64,000 bases of DNA. Origin: Perkinsela sp. CCAP 1560/9. Its lineage: Eukaryota; Protista; Euglenozoa: Kinetoplastea. The notes under the pieces are model-generated. The model saw only the letters and a program-made list of their open reading frames with translations. It was not told the origin of the DNA and searched no databases. Below, piece by piece: positions 22,251-33,583 of the stretch (position 1 is the stretch's first letter; the number at the start of each line of letters is the position of its first letter). The stretch covers positions 310,001 through 374,000 of the forward strand of contig CBFFSA010000001.1 in assembly GCA_965644495.1 (NCBI GenBank). The letters are read 5' to 3'. Made by a program: the position numbers and the translations under genes.

Positions 22251-22967
22251 TTTGTGTAAGTGTCGTTCGTATTACATGTTGATTATCCGTCGTAGTTGGT
22301 CCATCTCAGAACGCATGCTATAGAACTGTGCCGCGGGCCAAATTTGAAGAAGGTGTAGAAAACATGTTTTCGATGACCATGCAGCCCAAGATAAAGTGGA
22401 CGAGGGAGATACCCGTGCAGGATTGGGATTTTTGGGTACAGACCACCTATATTGCACCCACTTTCAAAATAATGATATGAATGCACTTAAATTCTTTCTT
22501 AACTTTACACACTTTACCTCACTTCCTCCTTAAAAATATTGCAGCATGCTTAAAGTTGGCCACCTTAGACGTCAAATGCCCATGCAGTAAGAAGCATTTT
22601 TCCTGTTAGATAATGATCGGAGGGAAAATATCGTCGTCTTAAAAATTCTGAAAACTGAATTTAAAATTTTGTACATTATTCTTTCAATCCGGGCATAAAT
22701 CGCAGACCAATAAATCAGTTACTTTTTGGAGAGAAAGGTGGGCGTCCGCTAATGTATTTCTCATAAAAAACTGACGATTTCATTAGAATTATTTCTTTTT
22801 CTTGAAAACAAATCCTGGAAAAAAAGTGAGATTTCACCAAGTTGGTTTTTATTTCATTTTTGCAAACATGCTCCCTGCAAATCACAAAACACATAAATGT
22901 CATATTTTCTCTTTTCGGTCTCTCTTTTACATCTTCCCCTTCTTTCACAGCAATTATCTCCCCCCAA

Positions 22968-23597
22968 ATGAATCCTAACGCTGCAGTCCTCTCTACAAGC
23001 CTTCACGAGACCGAGAAAGCACTTCCCCCGTCCGAACACCCCCTCGGGCGTTCCTGGGTGCTGTGGTACGCCGATCGCTCCCTACGTGACACCGAATCCC
23101 AGGAAGCCGTTCCCTGGGAGAAGTCACTGGTACAGATCTCGGACATTAACACTGTAGAGAAGTACTGGAGTACGGCTAACCACATCAAGCGCCCCAGTGC
23201 TCTGGTGTTTGGTGCCAAGTACTGTTTGTTTAAAAAAGGAATCGCCCCGGCGTGGGAGGACCCCACCAACCGCCTAGGGGGGCAGTGGATCGTGGTGCTA
23301 CACGACCACGAGGACATGGCGAGCCTGAACGCTGTGTGGGAAAGCCTGACGTTAAGCCTGATTGGGGAGTATTTCTATGATCCTTTGGAGGGGGTGTACC
23401 CGGATGTTGTGGATGCGGTCTGTGGGGTCGTGTTGACCAGGAAACGACACGGAACGCGTTTGGCGTTGTGGGTTTCCGGAGCAGCAGGTCCGGATGTGGT
23501 GGGAGCGATTGGGGAACAAGTAAGAAACATTCTAAGTCCAGTTCCCGTAAGTATGGAGTATGTCTCTCACAAGGAAAAATTGGAAGCTATGCAATAG
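22968..23597 (+). CDS. EIF4E: Cap-binding translation initiation factor eIF4E family member
   Basis: HPLxxxWxLWY, TVEKYW, LFKKGIAPAWEDPTNRLGGQW, VCGVV and LALW; first ATG at 22968. Confidence 0.95.
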   Translation: MNPNAAVLSTSLHETEKALPPSEHPLGRSWVLWYADRSLRDTESQEAVPWEKSLVQISDINTVEKYWSTANHIKRPSALVFGAKYCLFKKGIAPAWEDPTNRLGGQWIVVLHDHEDMASLNAVWESLTLSLIGEYFYDPLEGVYPDVVDAVCGVVLTRKRHGTRLALWVSGAAGPDVVGAIGEQVRNILSPVPVSMEYVSHKEKLEAMQ

Positions 23598-24160
23598 CTC
23601 AACTATAGAGGCAATGCTAGATTGATCGCACGCATATGAGGCAAACATGACAAATGTGTTCGCCAGTTGGGAAATTCGGCTGTAGTTCGTAACGATTCTA
23701 CTTTGCTGGTACTAGTTTTCTATAGTACACGATCTTCTACTTGATATACTACCTGGATACGCGTGTCTGGTTCACTAGTGAGTATACTAGTACACACGTT
23801 CGATTTTCTGACTCATATTCAGCAACATTTCGAAATCTTGTAAATTAAGTAAATAATTTATCCTTTGAATATTCTATTAATTTCATATTAGTAGCTTGCC
23901 TTTTATATATTTTTCGGTAGCGCTTTTTATGGACCGGGTCTGAAGGTGGTACGTATTATTCGAGTGAGGTGAAGATTGTAATAAAGAGCAATTCCCGCGG
24001 CAGGGAAGCGTCCACAGCTTCCCTGTCAGAATTCGGCAGAACAGGCAGTACCGAAACTTCGAACCTTTTATCTGAACCAGTTCGTGAAAAGAAAGATGAA
24101 TTCTCCGGTCTCACACTTCCGGCATCCCAAAAGAGTAATTCGAATTTATTAAGAACAAGT

Positions 24161-26611
24161 ATGACCTACACCACTGACAGGGAGGTTAATCTGAATGAAG
24201 GATACCAAGAGTCAGAAGCTCCTCTTCTACTGTTCATGCAATATGCCCCGGAAAAGGGAAAAGAGTTTCACGACGACGTCGAACTTAGTGCAGTTCCGAA
24301 AGAATATATTGCACAAGAAAATTTCTTGTTTTTTATTGTCGTAGAAACATTTCATCAGCGTTATGAGCAAGCCAAAGGATTTTTGTTGAGCATTGCCGAG
24401 CCCAGATCAAGAACCAGCTTTGTTCACGAATATCAGATTACACAAGAGAGTATAAGTTCGGCTATTCTTCATGGTTGGACGTTCAATGCGCTTCGTGAAC
24501 ATTGTTATTCCTTTTGCGCTCCTCACGCTTCAATAAATATATTTTTGGTTTTTATGGATCATTGTGTAAGATCTATTGCGAGTCTAAAGTTTGTCCTACG
24601 TGTCCCCAAAATTGAAAGAAAGGAGAGCAGTTCTGTGCCTCAAGCTACGCTCTTTAAAAGTAACCGTAAAATAAAAAAGGAAGTTTGCTACTTTTTGGAA
24701 TCAACGTCGGAACCTTTGCTAAATATGCTGCTAGATAGTGGTTCACCAAGCTCATCGTATTTCGATTCTGTAGCTCAAGAAGACACAATTCAGTTAAACG
24801 ATGGTACACTCAAGGCAGGCTTCTCCTTAGGTGTTACTCACGGAAAGGCAGGAGCAGCTAAAAAAGTGATAACCGGGCAGCATAATTTAGCTTTGGAGAA
24901 TTTGTATGATTTCATAAGCGACTCCATCACACGGAACATAGCGAACTTTATTCTGAGACCTCTCACAGTTCTTCGTTCGTATCAGCGCGAGGCGATGGAG
25001 TCCGTTTTCACCGGCACTCGAGTTCGTAGCGGCCTTATCGTCCTTCCATGTGGTGCGGGTAAATCGCTGACTGGGGTGGCCATTTCCTCCCGAATCTCGA
25101 AGCGGACACTTGTTGTATGTTGTAATCGAGTTTCTGTTTTGCAATGGAGGGATCAATTTCTGCGTTGGAGTTATCTAAGACCAGAGCAAATTAGCGTATT
25201 AACATCCACTTCACGCGAGGCTCCCGCTGATGTGGTGATTACAACATACACTATGCTTACTTTCGACGACACGCGAAGGAATGAAGCGACGAAAATAATT
25301 CTTACCAGCATGCTACAGGATGCATGGGGACTTGTTCTTTTTGATGAAGTACACATGGCTGCTGCAAACAACTTTCGAAATGTGGTAAATCTCGTTAAAG
25401 CACATTGCATGATTGGGTTGACGGCAACTTTATTGCGTGAAGACGATAAAATTGATGATTTGAATTATTTGATCGGTCCGAAATTGTACGAATGCTCAAA
25501 TCATGAACTTACGCGAAAGGGTTATATTGCTGAAGTAATGTGTGTAGAGGTACTGTGTCGATTTCCATCGTTATTTATGTCCTATTACCTCCGCTCTGAA
25601 AGTGACAGTGATCGTCGTAAACTATGTAATATGAATCCGGAAAAAATATGGTGCTGCCAAACAATTTTACGGTATCACGAAAACTTACAGCCCCCAGATA
25701 AAACTCTTGTCTTTTCGGATAGCGTGCCATGTCTGGAGTACTGTGCAAAACTTTTTGGGCGACCGTTTTTACATGGAGAAACTTCGGAAATAGAGAGGGA
25801 CAGTGTTATACAGTGGTTCAAGGCAAGCGAAACTGTGAACACACTTTTTCTCAGCCGAGTAGGTGATGCTGCACTGGATATTCCGGAGGCCAGTGTAATC
25901 ATACAGCTGTCTTCAAATTTTGGTTCACAAAGAACTGAAGTACAGAGATTGGGGCGCATACTCCGCATCAAATCCAATACCCGGTTGGCTTACTTCTACT
26001 CCCTGGTTACCCCCGATACCAAAGAAGCCGTTTTCTCCCGTAAAAGGCAGCGATTCTTGCTTAATCAAGGGTACGGCTACAAGATATTGTTCTCCAATGA
26101 TATTAGATCTGCTATACAGACCGCTGGCTCAAGCCCGACGGAGGTGAAGGAAATCAACAACGATGCCGCCTGCCTTGGTATTCCGCAATGGAAAGTGAGG
26201 TATGATCCAGATGGCGATCCGATATCCGTTTCTCCTGGAGAGTCACTCAACATTGAGAAAAAATACGCCTCAGGTAAGGAATTGGAAGATCAGCGCAGTT
26301 CCAGCATGTCAATCACCAAGAGTCCTTTACTGCTCCATGGTGGGATTCGATTGGGAAACTTTTTCAGATCACACTTCCACGAAGGTTCCTGCACTGATGA
26401 TTGTTTATCAGTTGCACTTCGCTTCACTCTGAGCGGCGAAAGAAATTTCTCTGCATTTTGCTTAAAGCATTATTATGTGTCATCCGTTGCAGAAAGTAAG
26501 GAATACAAAGAGCCTCGTCAGGGAAAGGCGAAGCTGATTGCTCCAACCACAAAAGCGTTACGACATCGTCAAAAACAAATAGATGCTTTAAGAAAACGAG
26601 GCTCCTCATAA
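24161..26611 (+). CDS. ERCC3: XPB/Ssl2/Rad25 DNA helicase
   Basis: LRSYQ, SGLIVLPCGAGKS, DEVH, GLTATLLREDDKI, IGPKLY and QRLGRILR. The frame is open from 23921; the first ATG is at 24161. Confidence 0.95.
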   Translation: MTYTTDREVNLNEGYQESEAPLLLFMQYAPEKGKEFHDDVELSAVPKEYIAQENFLFFIVVETFHQRYEQAKGFLLSIAEPRSRTSFVHEYQITQESISSAILHGWTFNALREHCYSFCAPHASINIFLVFMDHCVRSIASLKFVLRVPKIERKESSSVPQATLFKSNRKIKKEVCYFLESTSEPLLNMLLDSGSPSSSYFDSVAQEDTIQLNDGTLKAGFSLGVTHGKAGAAKKVITGQHNLALENLYDFISDSITRNIANFILRPLTVLRSYQREAMESVFTGTRVRSGLIVLPCGAGKSLTGVAISSRISKRTLVVCCNRVSVLQWRDQFLRWSYLRPEQISVLTSTSREAPADVVITTYTMLTFDDTRRNEATKIILTSMLQDAWGLVLFDEVHMAAANNFRNVVNLVKAHCMIGLTATLLREDDKIDDLNYLIGPKLYECSNHELTRKGYIAEVMCVEVLCRFPSLFMSYYLRSESDSDRRKLCNMNPEKIWCCQTILRYHENLQPPDKTLVFSDSVPCLEYCAKLFGRPFLHGETSEIERDSVIQWFKASETVNTLFLSRVGDAALDIPEASVIIQLSSNFGSQRTEVQRLGRILRIKSNTRLAYFYSLVTPDTKEAVFSRKRQRFLLNQGYGYKILFSNDIRSAIQTAGSSPTEVKEINNDAACLGIPQWKVRYDPDGDPISVSPGESLNIEKKYASGKELEDQRSSSMSITKSPLLLHGGIRLGNFFRSHFHEGSCTDDCLSVALRFTLSGERNFSAFCLKHYYVSSVAESKEYKEPRQGKAKLIAPTTKALRHRQKQIDALRKRGSS

Positions 26612-26823
26612 TACTTCGAAGTAGGTTTAACTGGTGTTTTCTTGAATTGCTCTTATTTTTTATAAATTATAAAAATAAATTATGATAATGAGTAAACTTT
26701 ATAAATAATTTCGGTAATCACTGTTGTTTATTCTTCTTGCAAGTACTTTGCAAGTATGATCTTTACTTAAATTCTGCATCTTGTAGTACCGGAGTAAATA
26801 AAAAAATCTTCGATCTTTTTGCT

Positions 26824-28470
26824 ATGGTTTCTTCTTCTGTAGAAGACATTGATGCACATCCTCCAGGTGCAGAAGCGAGCTATCAGATGAATTTTCGCAA
26901 ATTGGATGAGGGTTCTCATAGAGATCCACAAGACGTCTTCTCGGACTCTGCGGATTCATTCTCTTCCCTCTCGAGCTGCGGAAACGTTTTAGTCGGAAAA
27001 CCGCGGATCAGATCTTGGAATACAAAACATGTAGAGGAAAAGAGTAGATCACCACCCGCTTCTCCTGATACACTCGAACCAAACGTCCTCCCAAGAGGGG
27101 ATGACAGTTCAGCAGATTCCTTTGACGAATCTCCAGATGATATCGATTCCAATGCTAGTTCAGATAATTCCGTTGGTCTTGCGTCGTGTTGTACCGCGGC
27201 AACTGATCTGTCATTCTGTAGCATACCAGTGCACGTTACGAAAACAGTTAGCCGCGCGATTCCCGCATTGGAAGACGTTGATCAAGCGATTTCTTTTGAA
27301 CCGCTTCCGATAGACATGGACCAAGGTAAAGTTCCGGTAATAAGCCTTACACCTCGTCGCGTAGGAGTGGTGAAAAATCTACTCGCTGGGGTCGTGACAG
27401 TAGAAAGTGATGGAAACGGGGACATATTTGACATTGGGAGTCTCGTCTGCAACTTTGAGGGCCATATACTCGGATACATTACGACATTATTCGGTCCCGT
27501 TGAGAAGTGTTATTACGCAATAAAATTAATTTCCTTCCCAAAGCCACGAGATACACTCACCCTGAACACCCGAGACGAAAATTCCGCTGACGCAGTGTGT
27601 GAATCCGACATCTACAGATGCACAATACATGTTGGAGATGAGGCTTTTGCATGGTCGGCACAACAAAAAATGATTTGTTCTGAAGAAGATCTTGCTGTGG
27701 CAAGAAAAATTGAAGCAACTGATGCGTCGCATGAGAATGACCAAGAGCTTCCTGATCACGTCCAACCCGCATTTTCGGATGATGAGAAAGAGAAAGAATG
27801 GAAAAGACTCGCCAAACGCCGACGCGCCAAATCTCTGTTGTGTGCCACACCAGAGGAGCGTGAGGAACAGTCTGTTGGGAAGTCCGAAGACTCCGATGTG
27901 TCTGCAACGACTGATCCAGAAAGTGCTCTTACAGATGACGAAGTGAAGTCATCCGAACACGAACGTAAGGAGAAATCTCAAGGACAACAGAACTTTTCCA
28001 AAACGCGGAGAAGTAACTGTAAGGAGCAACCTTTTAAAATATACTCTTCCACTCATGATTCGCGTCCTAAGATAGCTAAAACGGATGGGGCAAGGCTTCA
28101 AGGAGGCGATGGGTATTGTTTATCAAGCGAAGCAATCCCACAATACCCATCAACAATTTTTTTGCAACACGCGCCCAATCCTTATCAGAACCATAGCACT
28201 GTTCCTCACTACGAGCCACATTGGAATCCACGCCAGTTCAAGCAGCCACAATATATCCATAACTACGCTCATGATCCTCATGTGCAAAATATTCAGAGCA
28301 ATACTCCACCTCAGGAAACGTGGGATTCAAGGAGTGCAAATGCATCCTCAGACACGTGGGGCTTTAGAGGTAGAGCACCTTCCAATTTTGCGCACCACTA
28401 CACTCCTCATGTACATTATCCCGTACAGTATCCTCACCCACCTTACCCACCCAACAATGCTTATCACTGA
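26824..28470 (+). CDS. NAF1: H/ACA RNP assembly factor NAF1
   Basis: Gar1/Naf1 domain 'LGYITTLFGPVEKCYY', motif 'TDASHENDQE...FSDDEKE' and a Pro/Tyr-rich C-terminus. Confidence 0.88.
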   Translation: MVSSSVEDIDAHPPGAEASYQMNFRKLDEGSHRDPQDVFSDSADSFSSLSSCGNVLVGKPRIRSWNTKHVEEKSRSPPASPDTLEPNVLPRGDDSSADSFDESPDDIDSNASSDNSVGLASCCTAATDLSFCSIPVHVTKTVSRAIPALEDVDQAISFEPLPIDMDQGKVPVISLTPRRVGVVKNLLAGVVTVESDGNGDIFDIGSLVCNFEGHILGYITTLFGPVEKCYYAIKLISFPKPRDTLTLNTRDENSADAVCESDIYRCTIHVGDEAFAWSAQQKMICSEEDLAVARKIEATDASHENDQELPDHVQPAFSDDEKEKEWKRLAKRRRAKSLLCATPEEREEQSVGKSEDSDVSATTDPESALTDDEVKSSEHERKEKSQGQQNFSKTRRSNCKEQPFKIYSSTHDSRPKIAKTDGARLQGGDGYCLSSEAIPQYPSTIFLQHAPNPYQNHSTVPHYEPHWNPRQFKQPQYIHNYAHDPHVQNIQSNTPPQETWDSRSANASSDTWGFRGRAPSNFAHHYTPHVHYPVQYPHPPYPPNNAYH

Positions 28471-28656
28471 AAATTGTAATGTGTTGTATGAGCGGAAATC
28501 GTAAAATGCTTTAATTCTGTTCCTTTAATGAATAAAATATAATACGTACGCGCGCATACCTCTCGAGGTTCTTCTATACTCTGAGCTTTGGTATCTTTCT
28601 TATCTAGTATTTAACGGTTAGTCACTCATCTTTTGGATACCTTCTAGAATAGTGCC

Positions 28657-29118
28657 ATGATATTCCGGTATGCAAATAGCGTTCAAGCGCATTTGGCTCT
28701 TGGTCCTATCTATTACACGAATACGCGATATTTTAGACAATCACGCATCTTTCACAAATTAGTTGTTACTTCTTCCGAAAATATACAAACATCAAAACAA
28801 ATAGCAACGCGTAGCGTCACTCGATTACAGGATCGGGAAAGGATCTTAGAGGCTCAATTGCGAAAAGCAAATGAGAGCAGAAATAATATTTCTCAAAAGT
28901 CAATAGGAGAGAGGTCTGCAGCAGTGAACGCGCTTGAAGTCATGAAGGATCATTACGTGATCCTTCTCAGACAACGTTCTATGCTTGCCAGAGCCATTTT
29001 GAGGCGTGTTCGTAAACAGAAGTTGCTTGGAAAGCTAATTCGAAGAAGGCAGAGAAAGATTAGAAAATCAAAAAATAATTCTTTGCTGCCTGATACATCA
29101 GTAAAGCAGCTAAAGTAA
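28657..29118 (+). CDS. Hypothetical basic coiled-coil protein
   Basis: 153-aa ATG ORF in cluster orientation; no recognised motif. Confidence 0.5.
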   Translation: MIFRYANSVQAHLALGPIYYTNTRYFRQSRIFHKLVVTSSENIQTSKQIATRSVTRLQDRERILEAQLRKANESRNNISQKSIGERSAAVNALEVMKDHYVILLRQRSMLARAILRRVRKQKLLGKLIRRRQRKIRKSKNNSLLPDTSVKQLK

Positions 29119-29354
29119 TGCTTTTCTGCTTCGCATTTAATTTCGAAGCTAGTAAATTAATGATATACGATGAATACATTATGAACATACGCAATCCTAA
29201 TTTTATTTTGCACTTTAGTGAATGATGACAGTTGTGATAAAACGAATTGTTTTCTCCGGAAGGTTTTAGCAATTTTAGCAATTTGTTTTCTTTTTTAACA
29301 ATTTATTTTTCCTGAGTCCCGGTATCAGTAGAGAAATCTACTGAAAGAAGAGCG

Positions 29355-29951
29355 ATGAATGTCTCTTCCTGTGCTTCAACTCATATAGTCGAGAAGGAAT
29401 ATTATACCAAAGGGAAAAAAGATGGGTCTCAACTTATTTCACAAGAATTTAGTGCACAAACGCAGGGCGCCCGAATGGCGTTGCTTTCAGGGACTTTGTT
29501 CTCTGTGATCACAGTTTTCGTGTCATACATAGTTTGGAGCAAACGAGTCTCACAGAAATATGAAGTCATACTTGAGCAGCTACAGAATTATTCCCGAGCA
29601 AAAAATAAGGAATTGTGTACGACGCGGGCACAAAAATCAGTACTACAAACAGCTCAAATTCATCAGCTCCTCACAGTCGGTAAGCAGAAAGACACCATTC
29701 AAAAAATGATTAGAAGAAATTCAGCGCAAAGTTCTATTCTTGAGCATTCACGCTACACAAAGGAAGATTTCCGTGAGTCATCTGTATTTAAACCGGACAA
29801 AAAATCCAGTCAAAGATATGGGTGCAACCTTCAGCAAACTAAAGAGAGCTTGTCTTCTTCTCGACAAATATTAAAGCGTTTTCAGTGGAGTGCTATTTGG
29901 AAGATGAGCGTTTTATCTGCTCTCGCTGCATTTTTATCTAAAGTTCCTTAA
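29355..29951 (+). CDS. Hypothetical protein with a TM segment and coiled coil
   Basis: 198-aa ATG ORF; hydrophobic stretch 'ALLSGTLFSVITVFVSYIVW'. Confidence 0.55.
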   Translation: MNVSSCASTHIVEKEYYTKGKKDGSQLISQEFSAQTQGARMALLSGTLFSVITVFVSYIVWSKRVSQKYEVILEQLQNYSRAKNKELCTTRAQKSVLQTAQIHQLLTVGKQKDTIQKMIRRNSAQSSILEHSRYTKEDFRESSVFKPDKKSSQRYGCNLQQTKESLSSSRQILKRFQWSAIWKMSVLSALAAFLSKVP

Positions 29952-30092
29952 TTTTTAAAATTTAACTTCAGTATTGGCATGTTTTAAGTGCAAAGTGTTT
30001 TTCCTTACAAGATGAAGTGACATACTTGAGGAATGGCTCAATAATCAGATACAGATGCCTTGGTTATAGTATCTTAGTTGTGGTAAATTTAC

Positions 30093-30578
30093 ATGTCGAA
30101 TTCATTTGCCAAGAATTCAGTTCCTTCGCGATCCATTCTTCCTCGTGTGCAACGCCCATCACAACAGGAATCTGATTCATTGGGAGTGCTAGGCAATCTT
30201 CTCACAAACATTCAAAAATTACAAGACGTAGATGTCGCCGAAACGACTTCCTCCAAACGTGAAATGGGTCGTAAGATTAAGAATGATTGGAATTTGTTTA
30301 TCGCATCTCTTCAAAGTAGGGATGAGAGCCGCAAAACCCTGTCACCTAAAATAATACAATTAAAAATTATATCACCTGCTAACGTCGACGAATCCAATCT
30401 GCAATCAAAACTTGCTTTAGAAGAAAAAGAAAAATGGAGGAAGAAGGCGGAAGAGAGAAGAGTGCAATTTAAAAAAGGTGCACTTGCCTACAATAAAGGT
30501 ATGTTACCACAACTTTTAACAGCGGGGCCAAATGGTCCCGGATTTGCTGCAGAACGAGGAAAACCAGTTCGTCCATAA
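30093..30578 (+). CDS. Hypothetical protein
   Basis: 161-aa ATG ORF in cluster orientation. Confidence 0.55.
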   Translation: MSNSFAKNSVPSRSILPRVQRPSQQESDSLGVLGNLLTNIQKLQDVDVAETTSSKREMGRKIKNDWNLFIASLQSRDESRKTLSPKIIQLKIISPANVDESNLQSKLALEEKEKWRKKAEERRVQFKKGALAYNKGMLPQLLTAGPNGPGFAAERGKPVRP

Positions 30579-30659
30579 ATTCTTGTACCTAAACATGGAT
30601 CTTTAAAAAAAAAAAATTTTTTTAAAACAGTTACGTGTTTTAGAATTAAAGAGAATTGA

Positions 30660-30972
30660 GGGGGTGGTTGATTACATTAAAACAGATGGTCATGACATGC
30701 TCATTAACACTTTAAACAGCATGCCGCGGCGTTTCGACATAGTAGTAGAAAAAGGAGAAAGTTGTAATTATTAGTCGTCTAAAACCTTTCTCACAATTTT
30801 TGCAGTTTGACGTTTTTGGGCTTCTTGTCAGTTGAACACACCCCTATACCCTGGGAAACTGCCTTTTCTAAAACATAGAACTCTTCGAGAGCTCTCGAAT
30901 ACGCTATCATTTTCCAAAATTGGAAAGGTTTTGCAATTTTTAGACCCCCCCAGCATCTGATTTACCCCCCTG
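30660..30972 (+). mobile_element. 3' remnant of a Tc1-like element (transposase C-terminus plus right TIR)
   Basis: 30667-30774 translates VDYIKTDGHDMLINTLNSMPRRFDIVVEKGESCNY*, compared with YDKLKTEQISKFVNTLKSFRKRCRIIVEKKGAHCGY*. A TIR homologue ends in CCCCCCTG|TA at 30972. Confidence 0.82.
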
Positions 30973-31213
30973 TATGTGTACTCAAAGTTTTATCGTTCAA
31001 CTTCCTCTTGTTGGATGCTTTCAAAACTTTAGATTCGTCCAACTCTATTTTCACGGTCGTTTGAGATACCTTTGAGACAACGTTACTGGGATTCGGAAAA
31101 GAAAATATATTGGGGAATAAATTAGGTACAATGCGCCATTTTCAGAATACTGTGAGTTACAAGTCTTATGTACAATACATCTAGTTTAAGGTCATAGTTT
31201 TACATTGTCATTC

Positions 31214-33124
31214 ATGCAGCGCAGCATTCATAGCAATGTAGCATCCTACAATCTTTCAAGTGGTCAGTCCTTTCCACATTGGCTTCGGGACCAACAGCCT
31301 TATGCCCAGAAGAAGAATCATGACTACAGACACGTTGAATTGCTGCAAGATTTTGAAATGCCAACGACATGTCAAAAATTATGGCAAACGCGAAACGGCA
31401 CATACATCTTTCTTTCGGGTGGGTATCCTCCTCAAATAAAATGTTTCGACGTGAATGAACTAAGTGTTAAATTCACGCGTCACACAAAGGAACACATTCT
31501 GGACGGACTTTCCCTTAGTGATGACTACACCAGGTTCGTTCTAATGCTTGAAGGACGGTGGCTGGAGTTCCATACGCAAGGTGGGATAGAGACGTCTGTA
31601 CGCTTTCCAATGCAGGGAAGACAGCTGGGTTTTAATCACCAAAATGGCGAACTTTTGCTTGCAGGTGCATCTTCAGAAGTGTCTAGGCTGAACCTCACTA
31701 CAGGTTCCTTTATGGCTCCGTACGCAACTGGTGAAATGAACGGAGTCAATGCACTTGTAACAGTGCCAGATTATAATCTAGACTTAGCGGGAGGGGCAAA
31801 TAACAGAGTATACTGCTATTCATCTCAATGCAGCAAAAAGACGGATCTTTCGACAGGATCGTCCAATTCTTCGAGCTGTATGTCTCTGATGTCCTCTGTT
31901 GGTAGCGTTCAGATACCAGAAGATGGCATCGAGGTTACAGCGCTTGCCAGCGATCTAAAGAATCCGTATCACTTCGCCGTAGGCACCAGTTCTGGAAACG
32001 TACATCTGTTCGACTTGCGAAGCTCGCACGTTTTGCTTACGAAGAATCATTACTCTTCACTCCCTATTAGCCATGTCGAGTTTTTTTCTGCTCCAGACGA
32101 AACGCAACGTCACCTGCCTTTCGTTATTAGCGCCGATGCTTACGCGCTTCGCATTTGGAACCGGAATGATGGGGGAAATTTCACATCCCTTGAGTGTCCG
32201 CACACGATACGCAGCGTTCTCTCCGTTCGGTCAGGGCATAATATGGTAGCCCCGTTTGCAAATGCGGAGGAACGTAGTGGGTTGCTTCTATGTGCCACCG
32301 AAGCACCTCATGGCGATGTCCGTTTCGTACCCTCTTTGGGTAGAGCTCCAAAGTGGTGTTCGTTCTTAGACACACTCACAGAGGAATTGGATTCTGACGA
32401 CAAAGTCACTATCTATGAAGATTACACTTTTCTGAACCGCTCAGAATGGCTGTCTTTAGGACTCGATGAGCAGGCTGTGCGCGCAGCTGTGGAGCAGCAA
32501 ACACAAGAAGGCACACGACCTCAGATTCGAGCCGTTGCTCATGGCTACTTTGTAGAAGAAAAGTTTCTTCGGGATTTGAAGGCCGTCATTCGCCCCAGCG
32601 AGAAAATCTCTGAGCATTTGACAACGGCGAATGTGCTGAACAAAGATTCATCCTCACTGAAGTCAGAAGTATCTAAGTTGACGAAATCTCAACGTCAACA
32701 ACTTAAGAAGGATCCGATTACATATCCCCTGCCTCGGAAACATCGCCGAGAGAAGAACCACACCATCGAAGAATCTGCGCTTTCCAGTATTAATACAAAA
32801 TCGGGTCAGGACGCTAGGTTCTCTATGAAAAAGCGAAAGGATAAGGATTTGTTTGCTCTGGACGCCGACTCAAAGAACGCCGTAGCTCAACGTCGTGCAG
32901 CACTACATGAATCCATGTTTGAAACACCGGACGAAAATCTTTCGATCGAGGAAAAAACTCATACAGGAAAGTCTTCCAAGAAGCAGTTAAAGGTATCCGG
33001 CTTGCGACGTAATGTTGACTTTCACAAATCGGAGAATGTGCTTGTCAAACAGCGAAATCGGGACATCTTATTGCAAAGCAAGCCTTTGGAAGATGTGTCA
33101 AATTTCTATAGGCAAGACAGTTAA
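31214..33124 (+). CDS. NOL10: Nucleolar protein 10 / Enp2 (WD40, SSU processome)
   Basis: 'YNLSSGQSFPHWL', 'VELLQDFEMP', 'GGYPPQIKCFD', 'PSLGRAPKWCSFLDTLTEEL' and 'YEDYTFL'. Confidence 0.93.
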   Translation: MQRSIHSNVASYNLSSGQSFPHWLRDQQPYAQKKNHDYRHVELLQDFEMPTTCQKLWQTRNGTYIFLSGGYPPQIKCFDVNELSVKFTRHTKEHILDGLSLSDDYTRFVLMLEGRWLEFHTQGGIETSVRFPMQGRQLGFNHQNGELLLAGASSEVSRLNLTTGSFMAPYATGEMNGVNALVTVPDYNLDLAGGANNRVYCYSSQCSKKTDLSTGSSNSSSCMSLMSSVGSVQIPEDGIEVTALASDLKNPYHFAVGTSSGNVHLFDLRSSHVLLTKNHYSSLPISHVEFFSAPDETQRHLPFVISADAYALRIWNRNDGGNFTSLECPHTIRSVLSVRSGHNMVAPFANAEERSGLLLCATEAPHGDVRFVPSLGRAPKWCSFLDTLTEELDSDDKVTIYEDYTFLNRSEWLSLGLDEQAVRAAVEQQTQEGTRPQIRAVAHGYFVEEKFLRDLKAVIRPSEKISEHLTTANVLNKDSSSLKSEVSKLTKSQRQQLKKDPITYPLPRKHRREKNHTIEESALSSINTKSGQDARFSMKKRKDKDLFALDADSKNAVAQRRAALHESMFETPDENLSIEEKTHTGKSSKKQLKVSGLRRNVDFHKSENVLVKQRNRDILLQSKPLEDVSNFYRQDS

Positions 33125-33331
33125 TTTCTCTGGACTTTCTGGGTGCTGTCATATTGTTGTATTTCTCTTGTTGAAACATTCTTTTTCATGCAAAAGTTGT
33201 GCGTCCGTAGTTTAGACTCTGAACTTTAATTTAAGTTATGCCATCATACACATAAAGTATGTGAATACTTCTCGACAAGCTCTTGTTATTGATTAAAAAA
33301 AATATTTCTTTACAGGCTCTAGTCAAAACTC

Positions 33332-33583
33332 ATGTCTTCAGGGACCATTAAAATTCGAGGATCAAAACGACACCCTATTCTGGCTTCTTCTTTTGACGAC
33401 CTAGTCGATTTCTTTGGCACGTTTGGATTCTACTATTCAGACAGTGTGGAGAATCATTTAGTTGCCAAGGGCTACGTGTTAGTGACGTATGAGGATCCAG
33501 AAGACGCCATCGAAGCTGTGAAAAATATGGATGGCTATGTTTGGGATGGAAGTATCGTACTTCGCGTAAAGTTCTTTCCTTAG
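33332..33583 (+). CDS. Small single-RRM protein
   Basis: RNP1-like 'KGYVLVTY' followed by 'EDAIEAVKNMDG...LRVKF'. Confidence 0.7.
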   Translation: MSSGTIKIRGSKRHPILASSFDDLVDFFGTFGFYYSDSVENHLVAKGYVLVTYEDPEDAIEAVKNMDGYVWDGSIVLRVKFFP

